DNA from: Chrysemys picta bellii
Lineage: Eukaryota
Length of the DNA stretch: 64,000 nucleotides
Reading direction: 5' to 3'
Assembly: GCF_011386835.1 (NCBI RefSeq)
Contig: NC_088813.1
Span: forward strand, 12,400,001-12,464,000
The notes beneath the pieces are model-generated. The model ran no database searches. It worked only from the letters and a program-made list of their open reading frames with translations, and was not told where the DNA came from. Both the position numbers and the translations under genes were made by a program. The number at the start of each line of letters is the position of its first letter. Positions within the stretch are counted from its first letter, which is position 1. This document shows positions 47,587 through 64,000 of the stretch, one piece after another.

Positions 47587-48014
47587 CCCTCCCCTTCACC
47601 TACTGTCAGGGTGCTAGGGAGCCAGCAGGGGGCCCCGGGTTTGGGGAGGGGCTGAGAGGTGAATAAACGATCAGCAGAGGGTTGAATACCAATTAACGGA
47701 GATAAAGGCTAATGGGAGTACAGTCAGGGCTGAAATCAACAGAGCCTGAACTCGTCTGTAAAGCCAGAGAAAGATACATAATGGGGTCTAATCAATATAG
47801 GGTAATAAAGAGAGAGGATGAGAAAATGAGGAAGAATAGTAAATAGCTAGGGTTATATAAATAAATACAAATAAATTATAATAATAAAGAATATTCCAGA
47901 ATAATAACAGGCCAGTAAGGACTCAGATAGGTGAAGAAATCAACAGAGATAAATCAATAGAGAAAGAAGGAGAAAGAATGGGGTGTAATAAATAGCTTCA
48001 GACCCTGATCCTGC

Positions 48015-48149
48015 AAAAAGCAACAGAGGGTCCTATGGCACCTTTAAGACTAACAGAAGTATTGGGAGCATCTGTTAGTCTTAAAGGTGCCACAGGACCC
48101 TCTGTTGCTTTTTACAGATTCAGACTAACACAGCTCCCCCTCTGATACT
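48015..48149. mobile_element. Penelope-like pLTR fragments in inverted (palindromic) arrangement
   Basis: 43-bp arms at 48015-48057 and 48071-48113 with one mismatch; flanked by a TGATCCTGC(AAA) direct repeat. Confidence 0.75.
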
Positions 48150-48856
48150 TGATCCTGCAAACTCATCCATGTATCCCAGAGGGCACCATTGACTTTATTG
48201 GGTCTTCACAGGGGCCTGCCTATGCAGAGGGCCCCCCTATTTCCGTTTTTACTGATTTGAGAAGCCCCGTGAACCTGCTTCTGAAAGCTGTTCCCTAGGG
48301 GTGCTGGAGTGTCTGCTTGCATGGAGCAGCTTGCAGGGTCAAGGCCAGTGGGCTTCTTGTGAATAAGGGCTGCCGGACTGGGCCCTTTGACTTCAGGCCA
48401 GGGATTCTTTGTAGTGGCTTGGCATGTCTTTCCCATTCTACATATGCAAAGATCTATAAGTAGTTAGCCATGATCATAAATAAACTCAGACTAATAAAGG
48501 CTATAGAATAACAATAAACACATACATACCTAGGCTCAGGTTCACAAAGGTATTTAGGTGCCTCACTCCTAATAGCCATGAACCATCTAAATACCTTTGA
48601 GGATCTGGGCCCTAACTCGCTGAGCTTTGTACTGTTCCTCCAAGCATGAGATCACTGCTAACACAGCCAGCTGCTGTTCCATGGGGCCTTCAGTTCTCCA
48701 GGGCCCTCAGCGGAGGTAGTGTAGTTTTCATGATCTTGGCAGGAAGTATGAAGGCCTCTGCTTCATGTAGGACCCAGTGTGATCTGAGGCTAGCTGTGAA
48801 AGAGACAGATACAGGGAAATTAAGTTTAGTCCCTTAGCACTAATTGTGTTAGGCAG

Positions 48857-48984
48857 AGTATCAGATGGGTAGCCGTGTTAGTCTGAATCTGTAAAAAGCA
48901 ACAGAGGGTCCTGTGGCACCTTTAAGACTAACAGAAGTACTGGAGCATAAGCTTTCGTGGGTGAATGCCCCCTTCATCAGACAC
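48857..48984 (-). mobile_element. Penelope-like pLTR fragment with hammerhead core
   Basis: Minus strand reads GTGT CTGATGA AGGGGG CATTCA CCCAC GAAA GCTT ATGC. Confidence 0.7.
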
Positions 48985-49719
48985 TTTTTCATAGTCATTG
49001 GCAGACACATAACACTGAAATCAGTTGCCAAGCAGTGTTAGGAAACATACCATAGTGTTACTCCAGAGAACAGGCTTGCTTTATTACTGACCACTTATAA
49101 CTGGCTCCAGAGGTGCTATTAGTTTGCAGCTATTTCCCCTTTGGCTAGACTTGTCACAGATTTTATACCAGCTCAGCAGAGAGGTGTGTGCTCTGTATAT
49201 GGATAGGAAACCTTCTGTGAACACAGAGGTGCCGGTGTTCCAGTAGGGGGTGCTCTTCCCTTTAAGAAAGTACTAAAACAATCGCTAAATTGCCATCGTT
49301 AAACAAGTGGGGGCAAATGCTAGATATATTGCCACTTACAGTGCCTCATTTTGGACTGGGTGGTTGTGAGTTTGGGAGAAGTGATCCCATATGGAAAGAA
49401 AGAGAATGAGGGGCCTGGTTGGGCAAGTCACCGCTTCTCTGTGCCTCGGTTTCCCCATCTGTAACACTGGAATAAAGATATTGACCACCTTTTTAAAGTG
49501 CTTTGAGATCTATGGATGAAAACTTTCCCCCATTTTTAACCCTGGTGTCCTGGCCAACTTCCAGTGTGGGTAAATATACTCTCAACTCTCCTGCCAGTTT
49601 CAGATAGAAACTTACTTTCCTAGCACATGGCACTTTCTGTAGACTATACAGCAGCACTTAGCCAATACATGGAGAAATACCAATATCTCATTAGAAGATT
49701 GCTGGGAATGGGCAACAGG

Positions 49720-49853
49720 GGATAGATCACTTGCTGATTCCCTGTTCTGTTCATTCCCTCTGGCGCACCTGGTATTGGCCAATGTCGGAAGACAGGATAC
49801 TGGGCTAGATGGACCTTTAGTCTGACCCAGTCTGGCCTTTCTTATGTTCTTAT
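49720..49853 (+). mobile_element. CR1 3' end
   Basis: ...GGCTAGATGGACCTTTAGTCTGACCCAG...TTCTTATGTTCTTATG octamer tail. Confidence 0.7.
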
Positions 49854-50075
49854 GATTTTGCTAAGATGCTTGACATAAAAATGCCTTTGCCCACCCCTGT
49901 CCTGGCCTCACAACACCAGCTTGGCCACCCACAGGTCAAAACTGGAGCCACTGTGAGCAATACCAGGCAATACCAGGGGGTTGATTGCGGCCCAGGGCTC
50001 TTTCCCTGTAGGTTGGTGGTGTGACTCCAGCATTCCAGGAGTTCCTGAATTTTGTTACCATGGCCATTCAGTGGC

Positions 50076-50296
50076 CAGGGCCGGCTCCAGGGTTTTGGCC
50101 GCCCCAAGCAGCCAAAAAAAAAAAAAAAAAGCTGCGATCGCGATCTGCGGCGGCAATTCGGTGGAAGGCCCTTCGCTCCGAGCGAGAGTGAGGGACCATC
50201 CGCCGAATTGCCACCGAATAGCTGGACCTGCTGCCTCTGTCCAGAGTGGCCGCCCCAAGCACCAGCTTGCCAAGCTGGTGCCTGGAGCCGGCCCTG
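50076..50296. mobile_element. hAT MITE
   Basis: TIRs CAGGGCCGGCTCCAGG / CCTGGAGCCGGCCCTG; 8-bp TSD TCAGTGGC. Confidence 0.9.
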
Positions 50297-50628
50297 TCAG
50301 TGGCTCATGTCAGACAAGTGGCTCGCTCCAGCCCCAGTGATCAGGTGTTGTTCAAGATGGGACCAAATCCCAATGTTTTATCTCTGTGAAGGGCAGAACC
50401 AGTGCTTGGACCCAAATATTCATAAATCTGGGCCTGTAGCCAAGTGCCATGAGGTTCAGATTTGGCCCATTATACAGAGATATTCTAGCAGCAATCTGAG
50501 CCTAGATCCAAGTCGGTACCAGGAGGCCGCTCCCAGGCCTAACTCAACAGAGTGACCCCCGAACACGGTCCTCTTTAGCAGCGCTTCAGGGGGTATCCCA
50601 AAGCCTGGAGTTGCTGGGGGAAGATTAA

Positions 50629-50632
<4 letters not shown>

Positions 50633-50701
<69 letters not shown>

Positions 50702-50714
50702 GCACGCACGCACG
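50633..50714. repeat. Compound microsatellite (CT)n(CA)n(CACG)n
   Basis: Directly visible in the sequence. Confidence 0.95.
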
Positions 50715-52904
50715 CTCTGGCAATTGCTATACAGATTAGAGAGAGACATTGCAGGGGGGCTCCAGTGGTCTGCTTGAGAGAGACAGGGGAGAGTGGTTGC
50801 TAGTGGCAGTGGGGAAGCAAGAGAAGGGCTGATAAACTCTCTAATCACATCAAAGGGGGAGATCAGCTTCAAATAGAGCCCATTCCTTGCTTTTCACAAC
50901 CCTGCATGCACCTCTCCCCACCACTCATGAACAAAGCCTTGTTAAAATGAACCAGCCCCTGCCCACTGTCACTTTGCAGGCACTCCCTGGCCAAGGAAGT
51001 GCTGTGGCTTTTAACCCCTTGGGTCATAAACCTGAAGCCGTTTAAATGAGATCTCCAAGCGTCACTGAGCAACATCCATGTGACGTGAATTCACTCCAAT
51101 GTCTAGTCCAGCACCATCAACCACAGTGCACAGCCCCCCTGCCATTCTCCTCTCGGAGGCGGATTGGTGGGTGTGAGGAGTCATCTCTTCAGATCCCCCA
51201 ACCCCACTCTTTGATTTGAAAGTGAAGGCAGAGCTGGGGCCAGAAGTGCAGCCCTCTGGAACCAGTGGCAAGACAGCTGAACTGTGCTGTTGCACAGGGC
51301 CCTCTGCATCCAAGGAGACACACGGCCAGCCCACATTGCCACTGACAGCGGGGGAAGTGAGGGGCCAGGTCAGAGATGGGGAGGAGACTGGCGAGGGCCC
51401 TGCATGTATCCTTTACCATATACCCCTGTAAAAATTAGGAGCAGAGATTGAAGTCCTGTTTATCTCCAGCACGGGCAGAACAATGGTCAGGCAAGCTTCC
51501 CCACACTTCAGGCTTGGCCTCTAGCCATCTATATTAGGCACTTGTATGGCTCCCATTTTTGTAGTATCTGAGAACTGCTGTCATGCCGTTGTACAGGCGG
51601 GGAACTGAGGCAGCGAGAAACGATGTGACTTGCCCAAGGTCACACCGGAGTTCTGTGGCAGAGCAGGGTCTGGCGAATCCCAGGCACCCGATCATCTTTT
51701 CCTCTCCATGGCCCATTCAGTCATTGGCCCCTCTGAAGAGGGAGGAGGTGAACTGCGATACGGGTCCCTGTCTGCTGAGAAATGTACCGAGACCCCCGGA
51801 CAGCACATTTCCCAGAACCCATTCCAAAGGCACTGTACAGCCACAAAGCTTATGTCTGCCACTGCCCTGAGCCAGACTCAAACCACTGACCCAAAGGTTA
51901 GGTCCCACCCAGCTGGGATCTGAGATACTGTGAGGCAAAAAGAGGGTGTGTGTGCAGACGGGGGACTCGCAGCAGGGGGACGATGGGGGAGAGTGGGGGA
52001 GACTGGCTAGGTAGCCTAATAGCGTAAACAATGGCGCAACAGTGGTTTAATATTGGCTAGAGAACCCCCCCCCCCGCACAAAACTAGGGCTTTGCTGTCC
52101 CCTGGGGAGGGACAAGGGGCAGTGCCGGGCTGAAATCCCCAAAATCAAATCGCTCATGGAACAGCCAGGCACTTACAGCTTTGCACCTTGCAGCCTGTCC
52201 ACAGAAAAATGCATTAGGCAGGAATGTACTCACCCTGGAGCTGCACATTAGCGAGGTGACCAGCAGGGAAGGAGTTAACTCTGCTGCCACTTCTGGATGA
52301 TGCTAGTTAGGTGAGAAAGTTCATACCCAGTGGAGGTGAATGGGGCATTTCACACTTCTCTGAGTGTCTTCCAAGACCTCTGGCTCAATCACAGGCTGAA
52401 GGGACCTTTGTTTAATTTGAAACTTGGATTCTCCAGAAAACATTGCGGGGGAGAAGACCTCAAAACTCCACGTGGAGATCCTGAAGCCTTAGGTTGTGGG
52501 GCGATCCTAGACACACATATTCCAGCATCTGCTCATTTCCAGCCCCTGAGCCAGCCTTTTCTCTCACGCCTCACTGCAGCGCTGGGAATAAAACAAATCT
52601 AAAAAGGAAACTAGGCTGAAGAAATGAAATAAAATTTCTTGCCGTTAATTCTTCCAGAGGCACAATGTGCTGGGTGGGAGGGGAAAGGAATCGCTTCTGA
52701 AAAGTGTCAGTGTTCGGAGATTTTACTCTTGGTTTAGTCTGGTTGATTTTTTTGACCCGCTCGCCCAGTGTTCTGGGCTCATTCGCATGTAGGGCAATAT
52801 GTTTAAGCCTGAATTCCTCAAGGACAGAGTCACTGAGTACCAATAGCCCCCCAGTACACAATGGAGACAGGGTTGCCTAGTGGATACTGACTGTTACACT
52901 AGCC

Positions 52905-53060
52905 TGTTGGGTGACCTTAGACAAGTCATTACCTTGCGTTGGGCCTCAGTTTCCCCGTCTGTAATGGGGGCGGGGGGTAATGGTACTGATCTCCTTTGCA
53001 AAGTGCTTTGAGATCTATGGATGAAACGTGCTATAAGAACTAGATATTAATTATTTATGA
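52905..53060 (+). mobile_element. MIR/CORE-type SINE (similar copy at about 49415-49520)
   Basis: GTGACCTTAGACAAGTCA...CCTCAGTTTCCCC.TCTGTAA core and AAGTGCTTTGAGATCTATGGATGAAA tail. Confidence 0.55.
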
Positions 53061-54479
53061 GAGCTTTGAGTGCCCAGATCTCTGAAAATCAGGCCAATAT
53101 AATCAGGTGCCTAAATACAGACTATGTTGCCTAAGAGGAGGAACCGCGGTTTGTAAATGTTGCCTCCTTGTAAAGTAGCAATTAGGTAGTGGGATCAATG
53201 TCCAAGGTGATCCCATGAGAGCAACAGGAATTTTGCCATTGACTTTTCTCAGCCTGATGGCCTTGATTGTATCCAGTATAGTGAGAAAACCAACCAAGCC
53301 TGAACTAACCAGATATTCCAGCCCACCTAACGTTCAGAAAGGGACTGATGTACAAACTTCACATCTAGGCCCAATTCTGAACTTCCTCAAGCTTAAGGGC
53401 TACTGGCTTCTGGACTTTAGGTTCCAGCTTGTTGCAGAGATTGCAATACATTTGTATTTGAATATCCCTAAAATACAGGGGAATTAGCTGTGGGATTGCA
53501 GCTCGGGCCTATCTCTTTGTGTCATATTCTTTCCATGATTTCCTATCACTCAAGTAAATGTTTCCCATCGACAGAGAGGTATTTTTTCTTGGGTTTGTTT
53601 CTACTAATGTGACTGTGTTTTAATATCCCTGGTCCAGATCTTTAAAGGAATTTAAATTCCTATCTCCCATTGAACTCAATGGAGACCCTGGGCCTCTGTC
53701 TTTCCATGGGAGCAGGGAGTGCAGGTACAGAGACCTGTATCCCTCTGGAGGATGGAGTTCAAATATGAATTTGATCATAAGTTACTTATGGTGTGAACAC
53801 AGCTCCATGGCCAGGAGAGGGAAAGAAGCCAACCCCAAACCGCACAATAGAGCCAGGACTGGCTGTTGTGTTCAGCATTTGAATCCAGGCTTAGCACAGA
53901 AGGGGTCCTGGGGGTGAGGAGGGGCACAGCGGTGCATGGGGAAGCCCAAGGCTACAAAAAGCAGGGTCCAGGGCAGGTCTGATCTGTGAAACATTAGCAA
54001 AGCCCAGGAGTGAACAGCAAGGGCAGGGGTCCTGCAAGTGGAGAGGAGTGTGCACCGGCAGAGCAGACCCATGGGGAGAGGGAACTGGGTCAGCACTGGA
54101 CTTGCAGCTGCTGCTGGGGGTCATGAGTGGGGGAGCATTGGCAGAGCTGTGAGGGGGGGGGGATGTCCCCAAGAGCTGGACTAGCCAGAGATGGGTTGGG
54201 GCAGCAGAGAAGAGCAGGGCTGATTTCGGCAGGGCTGGAGGGTCATTGCCAGGGCCAGGTGGATGGGGGAGGGTTTACACACCTGCCAAACCCTCCCCGT
54301 GTTTGGCTCTGCAAACAGGGGCCCAAGCCCTGCAGCTCCGAGAGCCCGATTCCCCCAGAGCCTGGGGACGGGTGGTTGCTGGGAAGGGGTCCGGTTCTGG
54401 CCCAGAATTGGGGGGGGGGATCCCTGTCTGTAGTGCCCCCCGCCGCAGGGGCCCGGCTAGGTACTGGAGTCTAATTGAA

Positions 54480-58376
<3,897 letters not shown>

Positions 58377-58597
58377 ATTCTCCTCCAACGTCGCCGTGTG
58401 CTCAGAGGCACCAACAGTGGGTGCCCAGCCCCCCCAATCACAGATCAGTGTCTGGACTCGCTTATCCAGGACTGGCTCCTGGGCAGAAAAACACACTGGA
58501 AGAGCTTCCGAAGGAAAGGAAGCTGAGAGGACTCTCTCTCTTGTTTATTGGGCTGCACATGTGGGGTGGTTTTCTTGACTTGCTCACTGGTGGTGTG

Positions 58598-58603
58598 AAT
58601 AAA
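58598..58603 (+). terminator. Polyadenylation signal of eEF1A copy B
   Basis: AATAAA about 220 nt after the TGA. Confidence 0.75.
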
Positions 58604-61600
58604 CGAGGATTTCTGCTTCAGTGGTTTGGTCTAATTCAGCTGAGTCCCTCTCTGCATGCAGAGTGTAATGTAAGGAGTAAGCACTACGCTTGTCTTCAGA
58701 GTAGCCTATCAATCTAGTTCTTGTGTCAACCAGATGGCTGACCACCAACGGCCAGGGCTGCTTTGCCATCTAATTTGTTCTAGTCCATTTTAAAGATTCA
58801 ACACAACTCAGTCTCTTAAGCAGGGAGACTGGAACTTGGGCTGCCAATGCCCTGGGACTGTCTACTCTGTTTGATCATTAACTGGCCCAGGAGGGCCCCA
58901 TTCTTGATTAGCCCTTAGCCACTCTTCTCTTAACCAGTAAAGATATAAGGCTAAACTGACAGAGTGGGTGGCAGATGTCAAAACTCTTCAGCGAGATGCT
59001 AAGTGTGCCTGTTCGTTCTCTTAGAACTAAGCTGTTTCTCCAACTTATAGCTATTCCATAGCTTCTCAAGCATTATAAAAGTGCCTCTAACTTCCACAGA
59101 GAAATGCATCACAGGTAAGGCGTGGTATCAGTCTACAGCAGTGACCAAGACTGAGCCTCCCTGAAAAGAGTTTACTCTTTCCTTTGAGGTTGTAACCACA
59201 AAGTTTTAGTGACTTACTCAGGAAACCTAAGCTGCCACACTCTCTGGGAGTAAGTTACACTAACAGGTATATAGTTAAACAGCAATATTTAAAAAAAAAA
59301 AAAAATCAAGCTTCACCTCTGATTCCTAGTGGGGTCAGGCCTAACACAGTGAGTGGCGAATGCAGTGCTGTCTGCTACCTAAGTTTCTAGACCAGCTGTT
59401 CCAGGAAGGGAGTTGGTAGAGGGCTGGGATACATACGCTCTTAACACCAGTCAGTTTAGTGGCAGGGCAAGGCATTGGCAGCTCCTCCAATAATGCTGTG
59501 GGTCAGTGGGCTGTGCTCTTTGAACATAAACTTTTGGGCTAAGATCATCAAAAGTGACTGTGGGGGCCTCTGTCTTCTGCGTGCTTAAGTTGGCTCAAGT
59601 CAAAGGGGACGGACTTCACGAAGTGCTGAAAATCTGGCTTTCCTGTGTCTCGAGTAGGACACGCAGCCTCTGGAGTCACTTGAAAATCTCGGCCCTGGGC
59701 TTTACTCTGTTCCCAGCTAAAAGTCCACATGTGCCAGGACACCAATGAGAGCGGATATTCCTCACTGGAGGGGCTAACTGGCTAGCTGACCGTTTCTGTG
59801 GCAGTAGAGGGGCTAGACAAGCAGTGGGGCTCAGGGGACAGTTAATTTTAAGCACTGGGCTTCAAAGAGTGCAGCGCTGCAGGTATTTGTGATTTTCACC
59901 CCATTAAGCTGTACAGGGCCCTCTCAGGCACTTGGCTCTGGCTAAGTGCCATCCCTCCTCTTTCTTAAAACTACATTTCTCACAGCAGGGGAGGAGCAAT
60001 TGAGTTAAGAATCCCCCCTGCCCCCACCCAGAGGCCATTTGCCTTCTTCCAGCACCCATGACTCTGGTAGGACCATTACCAGTCTCACAGTGGTTACAGG
60101 GTCTAATCGTCACACCTTTCCCTTAGGGGCCTGAGTTCTCAACCTGGGGGTGATGAGCAGCTTTCAGGGGGTCACAACCAGCCTCCTCTAGTGAGAGGGG
60201 AGGGGGATAATCCTGTAGCTTTGCTCAGTTGGAGCATAGCATCAAGGTCAAGAAAAGACCTGCCCCTGATGGCTCTGCATGGTTTCCAGCCCAGGGGTAA
60301 GTCTCTGCAGGGCTGAGGCACAAGGCAGTGTCACTCAGGCTGGCATTTAATTCTCTGCCTCTTTAAAATGTGAAAGTTATTTTTGAAGCAATCCCTTCCT
60401 GCAGCAGCATGGTTTAGGGGGTATATTGTCCCTTGACACAGTGCCTGATCTAGGAGTTGTAGATACCTAGACTCCCAGGCCAGAAGAGATGATTGCGATC
60501 ATCTAGTCTGACCTCCTGTGTACACAGGCCACAGAATTCCACCCAATGATTTTTTGCCTTGAGCCCATCATTTCTGTACAGGATTAGCAGGGATTGTCTC
60601 ACACCACAATCAACACCCACAGGTGTCTCCTATAGCAATAGGACCTCCATTGGCTTTTACAAATGCCTCCTGAAAACACGGGGGTTGCATAAAGCACAAG
60701 GAGGTTGGTCCTGGTGGCCCTGGCTCCAGCTGCTTGTAGAGGTCTGACTTGCTGGCTCTCCTGTCAAAGCCATGTACGCAGAACTAGGATTGGAACAGCA
60801 GTAGGCACTAGAGGGTGGGATTGGGGGTGCAGTGACAGAAGATGGGAGGGGGTCAGACTGCAATAGTAAGAGATGGTACAGATCAGGATAACGGGGGTAT
60901 TGGAAGAGCTGGGTGCTGTGGGCCAGAAATGAATTGCATAGCTGGACGTGGGGCAGGAGTCTTTAGGTCAGGACTGGAGGGACAGTGGCAGAACCAAGTG
61001 AAAGGGGGGCTGGGGAGAAATTTGCACACCTACTAGTTTCCATTGTGCATCGAGATGGGCCAAGCCTTGGAGTTTAGAGACAGTTCTGATCTCCTGCAGA
61101 GGGTGGAGCTGGGGTGGGAACTGGCCAGACAACCAGCTAATAATAATATTACAACAGGGACAAATATTTGGATACTGGCTGGGAATCAGGACACTTATTC
61201 TATCAGGAATGGTTCAGTTCCATGTGACAGCCAGTCCCCCAAAAATCACACATCTCACACCAGGCAAGGATTATAGATTTAACCCTTGCAGCCCTGTACA
61301 TGGAACAAGCCCCTGCACTGGAGAAACATTAGCTGGCTGCTTCAGCCACGCCAAGGTGATCAGCAGCGGGAAAGAGTTAACTGTTGAAATGGGGCTCTTT
61401 GCAGTCATGCCCCATTGAGTTGAATGGGGCTGTTCACTTCACTGGGGGCGTGAACTCAAACATCAACAGCATCATTTAAAAGGTGCTATTGTTTTGTTTT
61501 CCGCTCCCAGCAAACTCAGTTACAGGCTGAGGGGACCTTCACAGCCCCAAGGGGGGAGAAAATCCTTCTTTCCTGAATTAAACTTCAGTTCTGCAAGCGA

Positions 61601-62032
61601 CAGGGGGACTCCAGAGCCCCACAGGGAGACCCCGAATCCTTAGACATTTCTATGGGAATGGGATTGACATTGTGCAATCGCCCAGACAGCTATTTCTCTC
61701 ATGATCCTAGGTCTGTTATTGGTTTTATGGTGGCACCTGGATGCCCTATCCAAGATCCTGATTTTTACTACTTGTTTACTTTGATTTATTGAAGTAAACA
61801 CTGTGGGCCCATGTACCCAGTACATCCTACAACAACAACAACAACTAGATCCAGTGTCCAGGCACCATCCCAATCCCATAAAGCCAATGGACTATGAATA
61901 AAGAGCTGGATCAGGCTCAGATCCTCTCAATGCAGGAGAGCAGGGAGGGCTGGATGCAGCCACATCCCCATTTGGAGGATGGCACTGAACTATGAATTTA
62001 ACCACAACTCACTCGTGATGTGACTATAACTC

Positions 62033-62714
62033 CAAGTCTGGAGATGCCGCCTTCGTTCCGACGGTCCCTGGCAAACCCATGTGTGTGGAGAGTTTCTCAG
62101 AGTACCCACCTCTTGGTAAAATCTCTTGATTACTTTCCCTTTTTAAAAACTTTAATACTAGTATTTGGTTGTAGGAATGCAAAGATTTCCTGTGTATAGT
62201 GCAGGGGGAAGGTAACCAGTAAGGGATCATTTCTCCATCTACTTCTGCAAATAAGTTTTCAGACAGCCCCCCTCAAGCCTCAAAGTTTCCATAGCATGGG
62301 TAGCAAAACACTTACTTCAAGCTGTTATTCCAACACTGCAGTCCGTGCATGACCTAGAACGCCTGTCCAGTCTAATGGCGTTCCTATTCTGGCAGGTCGC
62401 TTTGCTGTTTGTGACGTGAGGCAGACAAGGCTGTCAAGAAGGTTGGTGATCCTGCTGAGGTCACAAAGTCGGCAGTGAAGGCTACTAAGAAGTGAATTCT
62501 CCTGCTACTTCTCCACTTGCCAGCTTGCTCAGAGGTACCAACAACAGCGAGTGCCCAAAGCTGTCTGATCACAGCTCTGTCTGGACTCGCTTATCCAGGA
62601 CTGGGTCATGAGCAGTAAAAAACACACTGGAAGAGCATCCACAGGGAATGGGACTTTCACTCTGGTTTTTGGGCTGGACGTGTGGGGTTTCCTGACCTTT
62701 TTGGTGTGAATAAA
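62033..62714 (+). pseudogene. Partial eEF1A pseudogene (3' half of exon 7, intron, exon 8 and 3'UTR of a copy-B duplicate)
   Basis: [27 protein letters not shown]|GT at 62115; acceptor at 62395; exon 8 has a 19-nt frameshifting deletion; the 3'UTR aligns to copy B; AATAAA at 62709. Confidence 0.85.
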
Positions 62715-64000
62715 ACATTTCCATGACAGTCTGTCTAACCATTTCTGGTGTAAATAAAATCTGAACTTTATTTCCAGGGCTCACATTCTAACGACAGAAA
62801 CTGGAAGTCAGAATTCCAAGCCAGAGGGCTAACCATAAATTTGGCTGGAACTCCAGCAAAGGGATTGTAAAACTAGAAGAAACCTCAAAGCTCACTCATG
62901 CCCTGAGCAGTTTAGCAACCTACTCAAATGCCTCTATGGAGGGGGACAAGTGAAGACTTTGCATTCTCTTCTGATTTTTATTTTTTTTAAATTGACATTC
63001 CCAACTAGGTTTCAAAAAACAAAACCAGCTCTTTCGAAAAGGGAAATTCGGTCACTTACCCCAGTTTCAATCTAATTATAACTTCCCGATGAATCTTAAA
63101 CTGCAGCTTTTGCTACAAGCCATCACTCAACTGTGCTGGATTAAGTACATCTAGAAAAAGCAGAGATTAAGCTTCAAACCAGGTTTAAAGGCAATGTATG
63201 AGGCAGTGTTCTCAGAGTAAGGCACGGGTAAATGAGATACTCATTTTCTGCAGCGATTATCAGCTAAATGAGCTAGGCCTTACCTCTTGACACAGACGGT
63301 CACATATTCTCCCTTCTAGGGGCAGGGTTATCAACATTTCTGCCTCCCCCGCCCCTTATCCACTGCAAATTGCAGGCAGCTAATCCAGGAGTGCTTCATT
63401 TAGCAGAAGACAGGCTCATGTAAGAGTCCCCTGGACAAGACTCACCATTGCAGAACTCCCCTCCTGAGGTAGTGGGGCATCACAGCCACTTTGCCTTGAT
63501 TTCCCCACAAGGTCTTTGGCCTTCTCCTGTTGTAGATGTGACCTGGCCTTCCTACCAGGCCCCTTTGGCCTCATCCAAAAACAACATCAAAAGAATCTTT
63601 GGCTCTTTATAGGTGGGGTCCCAGCAGCAACAGCCAGTCTAACCCCAGCTCCTGGTCCACCTTCCAGCCAAGGGCCTCTGGCAGGCGTCAGTCAGTTCCA
63701 GACCTCAGCTGCTAGGCTTCGTCCTTCTAAGTCCCTCCCACACCTGGCACAGGTGTAGCAGGGCTAACTGAAGAGGGCTGACTTGCCCCCCATCTCCGAG
63801 CCGTTAAAGGGGCATTCCTCCTGCTACAACCACTTGTAGCTATTACAGATCAGCTGGTATAATCATTGAACAAGGACCTAGCAGCTGTTATTCCAGTAGT
63901 GCTTAATCTCCTTAGGCAGGGCCTGCTAGATTGCAGAGGACCATCCAATTTAATACATGAATGCTCCTCGACTTCACCTCTTCCGCTGGATGGCCCATTA

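Noticed and set aside
47640-48000. A/purine-rich skewed tract with many AATAAA/ATAAATA motifs upstream of the copy A promoter
   Set aside because: Low-complexity sequence without a defined period or motif spacing; no function can be supported.

Overview
Vertebrate genomic DNA, almost certainly turtle: it carries a tortoise polIII-type SINE, turtle-type CR1 and Penelope fragments, and hAT/Harbinger MITEs. The block corresponds to the human 1p36.11 RPL11-ELOA region. Gene order: ELOA exon 1 (-); a KLHL31 paralogue (+, 640 aa); RPL11 (-, complete); a six-exon cGAS paralogue (-, 542 aa); two head-to-head eEF1A genes (- and +, 461 aa each); and a decayed 3' remnant of a third eEF1A. The main finding is the cGAS paralogue, reconstructed by hand with GT-AG sites and an open 1629-nt CDS. 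It keeps the cGAS intron positions and fold motifs, but has a shortened NTase loop with E->N at the first catalytic acid, Glu at two phosphate-binding lysine positions, a broken zinc thumb, and a polybasic plus hydrophobic C-terminal tail that looks like a membrane anchor. Next to an eEF1A gene it mirrors the human CGAS-MTO1-EEF1A1 locus, suggesting a whole-genome-duplication ohnologue lost in mammals. Other findings: gene-conversion mosaicism between the eEF1A copies with one highly diverged patch, divergent eEF1A promoters, a tandem YY1 array at ELOA, Penelope-derived hammerhead ribozyme cores and a perfect 21-bp minisatellite in RPL11 intron 1. All comparisons with human, Xenopus or fish proteins are from memory; no searches were run.
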